Assembly: GCA_038893995.1 (NCBI GenBank)
Contig: JAWAQK010000007.1
Span: 1 to 57,314 of the forward strand
From: Candidatus Thorarchaeota archaeon
GTDB taxonomy: Archaea > Asgardarchaeota > Thorarchaeia > Thorarchaeales > Thorarchaeaceae
DNA: 57,314 nt
Reading direction: 5' to 3'
Each line of letters starts with the position of its first letter. The stretch's first letter is position 1. Made by a program: the position numbers and the translations under genes. Below the pieces are notes generated by a model. That model worked only from the letters and a program-made list of their open reading frames with translations, did not search any database and had not been told where the DNA came from. Shown piece after piece: positions 18,291 to 25,648 of the stretch.

Positions 18291-19076
18291 TCATGTCGTA
18301 CATCTGGCGCGCGCCCTGGCCACGAGCGCTGCAAATGCCCCCGCTCCTATGCCATTGCCGATGTTCACGACAGCGAGACCTGGTGAACATGATTGCAACA
18401 TCGATGTGAGGGCGCCAACTCCCTCTCCCCCAAATCCATACCCGGTAGGTGAAGGAAGCCCAATCACAGGAACATCAACGAGAGCGGTCACAACAGCTGG
18501 CAGTGCTCCCTCCATCCCCGCGACAACTATGACTGCCGCCACATCATCGTCCCTCAGTCTTCTTATAGGCTCTAGGAGTCTGTGGATTCCTGCTACCCCC
18601 ACATCGTGAAACATCACCGACTCCACTCCCATGACGCGGGCCACTGCTGCTGCCTCCTCGGCGAGTGGAACGTCAGATGTTCCAGCAGTGATGATGGCGA
18701 TCTTGCCTATCGGCGTTGGAAGCGTCCATTCTGTCTTCCAGGCAAGTATCGTAAGGTGCTCTCCTCTACCGGAGACCCTGAAGAAGCAGTGCGGTAACGC
18801 CTCTCTCAGAGTCTTCTCATGCGACTCCTTTGCTCGCGCGACCAGAGCGAATCCGTTGATGGAGACCATGGCCCTCACTATCTCCAAAACCTCGCTGTCA
18901 TCCTTGTGTTGTGCAAACACTACCTCTGGAATTCCCTTCCTACCATGCCTGCCAAGATCCACGGAAGCAAAGTCGCCGACGATGGCAACTGAGTAGTCCC
19001 TTATCGTCTTCTCGACTTCGTCTATTGAGATCTTACCATTGACTAGGTCCTCGAGCAACATCCTCAGGTCGCGCAT
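18291..19076 (-). CDS. larB: Nickel-pincer cofactor biosynthesis protein LarB (PurE-like)
   Basis: RKGIPEVVF, TAGTSDVPLAEEA, DVGVAGIHRL, AGMEGALP, GYG, MLQSCSPG, VVNIGNG. Confidence 0.9.
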   Translation of the reverse strand: MRDLRMLLEDLVNGKISIDEVEKTIRDYSVAIVGDFASVDLGRHGRKGIPEVVFAQHKDDSEVLEIVRAMVSINGFALVARAKESHEKTLREALPHCFFRVSGRGEHLTILAWKTEWTLPTPIGKIAIITAGTSDVPLAEEAAAVARVMGVESVMFHDVGVAGIHRLLEPIRRLRDDDVAAVIVVAGMEGALPAVVTALVDVPVIGLPSPTGYGFGGEGVGALTSMLQSCSPGLAVVNIGNGIGAGAFAALVARARARCTT

Positions 19077-19148
19077 TGATCCTCAGCCAAGACAGCTGTT
19101 GGAAAACCTTAAAGTTGATTCTGTTCCCCGGCTGACTGCTATTGGAGT

Positions 19149-19655
19149 GTGGCCCTCTTGCACTGGTTGATGACATTCGCATCTCCCATACTGTATGGTC
19201 TACCAATTCCTGTAGTCATTTCCCTTCTCTCCGGTAAGCGCCATTCGAGTCGTACAGAGACAACACTCAAAGAGGCTCTGAAAATACTCAATCAGATCAA
19301 GAGAGGAAAGACTCCATCAGTACCCCAGTTTCCGTCACGCAGGGACCTCTACATGTCCCTGTTTCTGTCTAGGATGGCGGAGGCGGGAATTACCCCCTCT
19401 ACCTCAGTCGGAGCAGGTCTGGCGGTACCCGTCACGAAACTGGCCGAGTACCTGCGAAGCATTGGAATTGAGCCGAGTGTGATCGAGGCTCTCGAAACCG
19501 GAGTGGAGGAGGCCACCTCTGAGGATGAGGTTGACATAATAGTTGAGGCATCCTCTGGAACTGCCTCACTGCAACTTACCGAGGAACAGGTCAAGACAGT
19601 GAAGGGGCTGGCTAGGGAGAGTTGGAAGCGAAGTCATGGCGGGTCGGGAGGGTGA
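19149..19655 (+). CDS. Single-TM hypothetical protein similar to the TM and cytoplasmic tail of the 4209-aa surface protein
   Basis: YGLPI...LL, LNQIKRGKTP, SRRDLYMSLF and AVPVTKLAEYL align with the giant protein tail; TATA-like ccttaaag near 19107. Confidence 0.7.
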   Translation: MALLHWLMTFASPILYGLPIPVVISLLSGKRHSSRTETTLKEALKILNQIKRGKTPSVPQFPSRRDLYMSLFLSRMAEAGITPSTSVGAGLAVPVTKLAEYLRSIGIEPSVIEALETGVEEATSEDEVDIIVEASSGTASLQLTEEQVKTVKGLARESWKRSHGGSGG

Positions 19656-20385
19656 TCATTTGACAGAGCTTCTTCATATGAGAGACAACTACTTGCGTGA
19701 GTTCGATGCGACAGTCAAACAAGTAGGCGCGAACTATGTCGTGCTCGATCGCACTGCTTTCTACCCGGAAGGAGGCGGCCAGGTCGGCGATCGAGGAGAG
19801 CTCCTGTCAGAGAGATTGAGAGCAGTTGTGATTGACACCAAGAAGGCAGAGGGTACAGTGCGACATATCATAGCCGATGAGAATCGTTTCAGTCCAGGGA
19901 TGGCCGTACATGGGTCTCTGGACTGGAGTTGGCGGTACCAGTGCATGAGGTACCACACCGCTCAGCATGTGCTATCGAGGCTTCTTCAGTTGACATTTGG
20001 TCTAGAAACAGTTGGGAACCATGTTGCGCCTGGAGAGTCGAGAGCTGACTTCAGTCCAGTCAACGACATAAGTGACGTGATGCGCAAGGAGATCGAGGAT
20101 GGTGTCAACGAGATCTTCTCAGAGGGACTACCTGTCGAGATTCGGTTCATGCCTCGAGAGGAGGCCACGACATTTCTCCATGAGATGGGCTATCAGACCC
20201 GGTATCTCGAGATGGTGCCTAAAGAGGTGTCAGAGTTCAGAGTAGTTCAGATTGGAAACTGGGACGCATCTTCGTGTGCAGGTACCCATGTGGCGAACAC
20301 CAGGGAGGTCGGCCGGCTTAGCATATTGCGCACCAAGAACGTGGGTGCCCAGAAACAGAGGATATACTTCACGCTCTACGAGTGA
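19636..20385 (+). CDS. alaX: Alanyl-tRNA editing protein AlaX-M
   Basis: TAFYPEGGGQVGDRG, HTAQH and CAGTH zinc-binding editing motifs. Confidence 0.92.
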   Translation: MAGREGDHLTELLHMRDNYLREFDATVKQVGANYVVLDRTAFYPEGGGQVGDRGELLSERLRAVVIDTKKAEGTVRHIIADENRFSPGMAVHGSLDWSWRYQCMRYHTAQHVLSRLLQLTFGLETVGNHVAPGESRADFSPVNDISDVMRKEIEDGVNEIFSEGLPVEIRFMPREEATTFLHEMGYQTRYLEMVPKEVSEFRVVQIGNWDASSCAGTHVANTREVGRLSILRTKNVGAQKQRIYFTLYE

Positions 20386-20451
20386 TACTCTCGGTACCGT
20401 GGGCTAAGGTTAAAATCGGTCCTTCTGCAGTCAGTGTATTGGTCATCCCAT

Positions 20452-21753
20452 ATGAAGGCTCTAGTACTGACTGCAGGCCGCGGTGTCAGGTTACGGCCCC
20501 TCACATCGACTCGTTCCAAGTCCATGCTCATGGTGGCTGGAAGGCCGGTTCTTGACTACATATTCGAGAGTCTCAGAGAGAATGACATCAGAGATGTGGT
20601 TCTTGTTGTAGGTCACGGTAGGGAACAGATCCTCGATTACCTCCGAGACAAGGAGGAGTCAGAGTTTCATGTCCGTTATGTGTTGCAGCATGAGCAGAAG
20701 GGAGTAGAGCACGCTATACTCACTGCCAGAAGCGAGATCGAGGATCAGGACGAGTTCCTGCTCGTGAATGGTGATGTGCTCGTTGAGCCCGAAATGGTCA
20801 GGCGAACTGTCCAGCATCATGCGATCGCAGGCTCGGAAATGACCATGCTAGTCACACTTGTATCAAACCCGGGTCAGTTTGGCGCTGTCAGAATGAACCG
20901 GGATGGCTTCGTTGAGGAGCTTGTTGAGAAGGCTCCTCCGAACACCTACGTGAGCAACTATGTGGTCGCTGGTGTCAGTGTGTTCCGGAGAGAGATCCTT
21001 GATCTCCTGGAGAAACATCACACCATGGAGCGGACACTGGGCACGCTCATAGAGAGCGGCGGGAAGGTGGCCGCCACCGTGTGGGAACAGGAGTGGACCG
21101 AGTTCACCTGGCCATGGGATGTTCTGAGAGCAAACAAGGTCGCACTTGACAAGATGCTGAGCGGTCGTGGCTCCTTCATTGCAGAGTCCGCCGACATCCG
21201 GAGCAACGTCGTAATCGAGGGTTCTGTGTACATCGGGGAAGACAGCATAGTCCGTTCGGGTACTACCCTGAGGGGTCCCGTGTATATTGGTCGGGGAGTT
21301 CATGTCGGTAGCAACTCGTTGGTTCGTGATTACGCCTGTCTCTGCGATGGTGTAACCTTGGGATACTCAGTTGAGGTCCGTAACAGTGTGATCTACGAAC
21401 GCGTCCGGATCGGGAGAATGACATATGTGGCAGACTCCATCATCGGTGCTGACAGCTGTATCGAGGCAGGAGTGCAGATGTGGAACTGGCGACCAGGGGA
21501 CCAGAAGCTGTACATCAACGAGGATGACGGTCCTGTCGAAGTCCCCTTGAGCAAGTTTGGTGCAATGGTCGGAGATGGAGTCATCATTGGCGTCAACAGT
21601 TCCCTCTACCCCGCGATACGAATAGGCGAACGGAGCATCATATCGCCCGGATGTGTAATCGACAGAGACATTCCTCCGGGGAGCGATGTAAGTGTCAAGC
21701 AGGAACTGTTGATAAGAAGTCGCGACGGGCTGTCCAGACATGGCTGTGGGTGA
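20452..21753 (+). CDS. Sugar-1-phosphate nucleotidyltransferase with hexapeptide-repeat domain (GlmU-like)
   Basis: LTAGRGVRLRPLT, NGD, VEK, PWD; left-handed beta-helix repeats; KFGAMVGD. Confidence 0.88.
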   Translation: MKALVLTAGRGVRLRPLTSTRSKSMLMVAGRPVLDYIFESLRENDIRDVVLVVGHGREQILDYLRDKEESEFHVRYVLQHEQKGVEHAILTARSEIEDQDEFLLVNGDVLVEPEMVRRTVQHHAIAGSEMTMLVTLVSNPGQFGAVRMNRDGFVEELVEKAPPNTYVSNYVVAGVSVFRREILDLLEKHHTMERTLGTLIESGGKVAATVWEQEWTEFTWPWDVLRANKVALDKMLSGRGSFIAESADIRSNVVIEGSVYIGEDSIVRSGTTLRGPVYIGRGVHVGSNSLVRDYACLCDGVTLGYSVEVRNSVIYERVRIGRMTYVADSIIGADSCIEAGVQMWNWRPGDQKLYINEDDGPVEVPLSKFGAMVGDGVIIGVNSSLYPAIRIGERSIISPGCVIDRDIPPGSDVSVKQELLIRSRDGLSRHGCG

Positions 21754-21852
21754 CAGACTCAAGGCCAAGTGTACGCTTCATGAGCATATTTAAAAGACAA
21801 ACTCGGCGGAAGGCTTCAGACCTGCCGGTGTTACAAGGAGCGTTATCTCAAG

Positions 21853-22620
21853 TTGAGCAAGAAGAAATGGGGAAAGACGACTCAGAGAACTGAACGTATA
21901 GTACGGGACGCAATACCGGAACCAAAGACACTCGATGAGATCAACCAGTATCTCAGCAAGGCAAGGTCGTTCACAGAGTTTGATATTGCAAACAAGTTCA
22001 ACGTCCGTGTGAGTGTCGCACGAAGGCTCCTACGTGACATGGAACGGAAGGGCACTATCGTTCCATACATCAGAGAGTGCGGGTTTGTGGCCTACACCAC
22101 ACCTGCAGAGCTGGCCAGGAAGGATACAGAACGTCCTGTCATACTTGCGGACGTATTGGAAGATGTGGCCAGAGCAACACCTGCTACGCCCTTCATGACG
22201 GAAGAGATGGAGCTCGCCCTGGCAGCTGCCTCGCTCGAGTCTATGAAGCCCTCGAAGATTGCTCGTCAGCGTCGTGCTCTTGGAGAGCGCAAGGAACGTG
22301 TCCGGGAGAAGAAGGCCATGCCACCCGAGACGTTGGAGGTACCCCCTGCACCTGCTCGTCGCGAGGAAAGCGATACGCTTGCGGATCTGACTGAGGATGA
22401 ATTGGTCGCTGCAACTTCGGAAGTCTCTCCTGCCGATGAAGCTACAGACACACAACAGAAGGTCAAGAAGAGAACCTCAGCTAGGAGTTCAAAGACCGCA
22501 AAGAAGGCCGAACCCACCTCAGACGAGGTGAAGGAGCCTGAGCCGAAGACTGATTCTGGTACTCCCAGCAAACCAACTCGTAGAAAGAAGTCACAGGAAT
22601 CAGTGTCTAGCGACGAGTAG
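21853..22620 (+). CDS. rps25e: Ribosomal protein eS25 with long C-terminal extension
   Basis: KKKWGK N-terminus; winged-helix core TEFDIANKFNVRVSVARRLLRDMERKGTI...YT; about 170 extra residues. Confidence 0.75.
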   Translation: MSKKKWGKTTQRTERIVRDAIPEPKTLDEINQYLSKARSFTEFDIANKFNVRVSVARRLLRDMERKGTIVPYIRECGFVAYTTPAELARKDTERPVILADVLEDVARATPATPFMTEEMELALAAASLESMKPSKIARQRRALGERKERVREKKAMPPETLEVPPAPARREESDTLADLTEDELVAATSEVSPADEATDTQQKVKKRTSARSSKTAKKAEPTSDEVKEPEPKTDSGTPSKPTRRKKSQESVSSDE

Positions 22621-22630
22621 GCAGTCACGT

Positions 22631-22651
22631 CGGCGGCAGTGGATGCCGTCG
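22631..22651. terminator. GC-rich hairpin after rps25e, between convergent genes
   Basis: cggcggca-gtgga-tgccgtcg, 8-bp stem. Confidence 0.35.
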
Positions 22652-22773
22652 GGACATGCTGATTGGCCCTTAGCATCCGGCGCCAGGTGGTCGCTGCTAC
22701 CTCTGGCTGAGCACACTACTAGTCACTATGTTCAGTGATGGATGTCATGACCCACGGTTCGAGCCTGTCACGA

Positions 22774-23427
22774 CTACTTTCTTGATGCTATCTCTCTCTC
22801 TAGCTCTTCCAGCATCCTGTCTAGTTCTGCCTCTTTCTCCTTGTACTCGGCTTCTGCGATGTACCCTCTCATGTAGTCGAACCTGACATCTGTAAGCTGT
22901 GCCTTCAGCTTGTCCTTCTTCTGTAGGAGGGCGGCGAGTTCCTCATCCACGGGCTCTGGTTTCCGTGGGATCTCAGTCGCTTTCGCCGCTGACGTCGGTG
23001 CTGGTGTCGGCGTGGGTGCTGGTGTAGCTGCAGCAGGTGTCGGCTTCGTGACCGGCGCACTGGGCTGTGGGGTAGCATGTACCGCCGTCGGCGTCGTCAT
23101 CCCAGCTGCAGGTGTTGTTGGTGCACGAGCCTGCGTGGTGACGGTCTTCTCGGCTGGAGGTGGGGTGGGCTGGGGTGATGTCTGGACGCTCTCCATCATC
23201 TCCATGTTTCGGCGAAGCATCTCGATCTGGTCTGCGATCTGAGAGAAGCTATCGTTTATGGTCTTGCTGACCTCTATCTTGAGTCTTGCAAGGGTCTCGG
23301 CCAGCTCATCAGCAAGTCTCTTAGTTTCGACGACCTTATTGGCAAATCCTTCTATTGCTCTCAGCTTCTCCAGTATCTCTGTGATATTGAAGCTCATAAC
23401 AGAGTCACCCACAACTGTAGTTAGCAT
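22774..23427 (-). CDS. Coiled coil + Pro/Thr/Ala linker + SHOCT-like C-terminal hairpin protein
   Basis: C-terminal FDYMRGYIAEAEYKEKEAEL; start may be 23397. Confidence 0.75.
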   Translation of the reverse strand: MLTTVVGDSVMSFNITEILEKLRAIEGFANKVVETKRLADELAETLARLKIEVSKTINDSFSQIADQIEMLRRNMEMMESVQTSPQPTPPPAEKTVTTQARAPTTPAAGMTTPTAVHATPQPSAPVTKPTPAAATPAPTPTPAPTSAAKATEIPRKPEPVDEELAALLQKKDKLKAQLTDVRFDYMRGYIAEAEYKEKEAELDRMLEELEREIASRK

Positions 23428-23494
23428 CTACTCCGGTAGTGTGTTCTTAACCTTTGTCGTGACCTACAAGCACCTAGTCCTGTCAGGCATATTC

Positions 23495-24346
23495 TCAGGA
23501 GGGCTTGGTGTCGGTCTTGCCCTCTAGAATGGCCCTGCGTATGATCTGGATCAGTCTGTCACGGTAGGATATGTCAATCGCAACGAGTTCATAGGTAGGA
23601 ATACCTAGTATCTGCCCCACTCTCTCTGGGGTGAGGGCCATAGGGAGGTCCTGCTTGTTTGCAATACCTATGATCCTTGCGTCCGGAACGACCTCCCTGA
23701 CCATCGTGACTAGCTTCTTGCTCCTGAGCACGTTCTCGAGAGTGCTGTCCGTGACGATCACGACTACCTGTGCGTTTGCGACCATCTTTGCCCAGATCAC
23801 ACTGAACTTCGACTGGCCGGCAACATCCCACAGGACTATGTTTGCAGCGCTCACTTCACTGGGAAGGTTCTTGATGCTCACTCCTATGGTGGGTTCATGT
23901 ACGAGTGGGAGAGTCTCACCTCTGAGTAGGCGCAATGTGGTCGTCTTCCCCACTCCAGCAAACCCGAGGATTGCCACCTTGACCATCGTGACGGTGATCT
24001 CGTCTACCTTCACATCGAACCCGTCAAGAGATTGGCCTGCGAGGGCGACGCTTGCAAAGTCCTTCATGAACAGGTCTAGAAGTTGTCTCATCTTCTCCTC
24101 GATCTGCGCGGTGTCGTCGGCCTTGTCCGCGACGAACACGAATGTGAACTGTGACCTCCTAGCATAGAACAGTCTTAGGGTCGACACGTTCATGAAGTCG
24201 ATTCTATCTCCGAGGTCGACACGACTCAGAAACTGAGATAGACTTGCAATGAATTCGGTGGTACCATCTGCGGGCTCGGTTTTCGCGTACTCCTTGCTGT
24301 AGAGTATCTCGTGGTTCGGACCGATGACAAATACTCCTCTAATCAC
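23495..24346 (-). CDS. Longin-domain small GTPase (Arf/Rab-like, Asgard type)
   Basis: Longin-like MIRGVFVI...ILYSKEY; G1 GFAGVGKT, G2 PTIG, G3 WDVAGQ, G4 NKQD. Confidence 0.9.
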   Translation of the reverse strand: MIRGVFVIGPNHEILYSKEYAKTEPADGTTEFIASLSQFLSRVDLGDRIDFMNVSTLRLFYARRSQFTFVFVADKADDTAQIEEKMRQLLDLFMKDFASVALAGQSLDGFDVKVDEITVTMVKVAILGFAGVGKTTTLRLLRGETLPLVHEPTIGVSIKNLPSEVSAANIVLWDVAGQSKFSVIWAKMVANAQVVVIVTDSTLENVLRSKKLVTMVREVVPDARIIGIANKQDLPMALTPERVGQILGIPTYELVAIDISYRDRLIQIIRRAILEGKTDTKPS

Positions 24347-24351
24347 TTACC

Positions 24352-25464
24352 TCACCCCCACGCCTCCAATAGGAGCTCAAAGAACCTGATGACGGTGGCA
24401 CTGTCGATCTGTCCCTGTGCGTGCTTCTTCACGATAAGAGGCAGCAAATACTCCGGTAAGAATGTTTCGAAGACCGGATCCGATATGAGGGCCCAGACCT
24501 TCTCAGTTTCGTGGAATGACACTACTCTTGCAGGCTCCAAGGCGTATAGCTTCGACTCTAGTAGAGCCCCAGGAATCATGGTCTGGGACGAGAGCTCTGC
24601 TGTCGTCATTGGTCGTTCCCTCAGGTATCTGAGAACCGTGTAGTTGAGACTGTCGCTCACTATCGATGCAATCCTTACCCTGTCTTCAGTGACAGGAGAC
24701 ACGGGCGACGTCCCTTCCTGTATGGGATTGTAGCCCGAGAAGAACTCTTCCACTTTTCCTCTGTACCATGGATAGATGTTCGGATAGATTCCCTTGCAAT
24801 ACTCAAGTGCCTTCACAGGCGGCACACGATATCCAATGATATCCTTCACCAAGAACACGGTTTCAACACCCTGTTTGGGAGGATTCGCCTTCTCATCTCT
24901 GCCCACGAATTCCACCTTCACTATTCCCCCCTCCATCATGGGCAGCACCACCTCTTTCAAGTCAATCATATCGGTCTGAATACTGCTTCGAAGCCAGGTT
25001 TCCAGACTTCTCGACCTGATGGCCCCCTCTGCCTGCAGCTTCTCAAGCACCAGACTTGACGAGGATATCGTGAGCAACTTGGCGCAGATCTGTTCTTCGC
25101 TGGGCGCCGGAATCACAGCCTTCCGCCTGATGATCTCGCCTACATCCATAGAGCCGGGGGCCTGCCTGGCCAGTATCAGCATCAACCTGCTCATGCCGGC
25201 GAGTAGTTCCGAGTTGTTCACGATGTCCTCGTCGTAGTTGAGCACGAAGCATACCATCCAGCCAGGCTGTGACTCATCTGTGAAAGTAGCAATTCTCTGG
25301 TCATTGACGTTGCACAACTTGAGGCCTGCGCCGGGTGTGTCTGTGTACTCCATGTAGACGAGATTGAGCAGTCGCTCATTGAGGCTGAATGTTGACGGAT
25401 ACCTCTTTGCAACTACAAATCCCTTGAACTCATCCAAATGTAGTATGAACACGGCCTGGGGCAT
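24352..25464 (-). CDS. Longin/uDENN-like N-terminal domain protein with winged-helix regions
   Basis: AVFILHLDEFKGFVVAKRYP resembles the uDENN FDxxxGPxxxxxYP start; wHTH-like YTVLRYLRERPMTTAELS; 5 bp from the GTPase gene. Confidence 0.65.
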   Translation of the reverse strand: MPQAVFILHLDEFKGFVVAKRYPSTFSLNERLLNLVYMEYTDTPGAGLKLCNVNDQRIATFTDESQPGWMVCFVLNYDEDIVNNSELLAGMSRLMLILARQAPGSMDVGEIIRRKAVIPAPSEEQICAKLLTISSSSLVLEKLQAEGAIRSRSLETWLRSSIQTDMIDLKEVVLPMMEGGIVKVEFVGRDEKANPPKQGVETVFLVKDIIGYRVPPVKALEYCKGIYPNIYPWYRGKVEEFFSGYNPIQEGTSPVSPVTEDRVRIASIVSDSLNYTVLRYLRERPMTTAELSSQTMIPGALLESKLYALEPARVVSFHETEKVWALISDPVFETFLPEYLLPLIVKKHAQGQIDSATVIRFFELLLEAWG

Positions 25465-25648
25465 TCTGGGGTTTCAGAATCAGCCGACCAACAAATATCT
25501 TTGCCCACTGTCTCTTGGAGGCGGTGTTCCCACTCGCCTCTCCTCTACTACCTCCGACTCCCAATTCTCGGGGAGACCGACTTGGGCGCCCGTTCGTCCC
25601 CTGATCTGTGGCGTCGCGGTCGCGCTTGTCCTGTCTACTCTAGAAAGT

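Noticed and set aside
17486-18390. Short ORFs 17486-17677, 17510-17803, 17659-17889 and 18115-18390
   Set aside because: Mutually overlapping, no motifs; better explained as non-coding
22720-22775. tRNA-like GGTTCGAGCC
   Set aside because: T-stem incomplete and no acceptor, D or anticodon arms can be built
22970-23180. Repetitive ggtgtcgg/ggtgctgg DNA
   Set aside because: Explained by the Pro/Thr/Ala linker codons; not a CRISPR or tandem-repeat element
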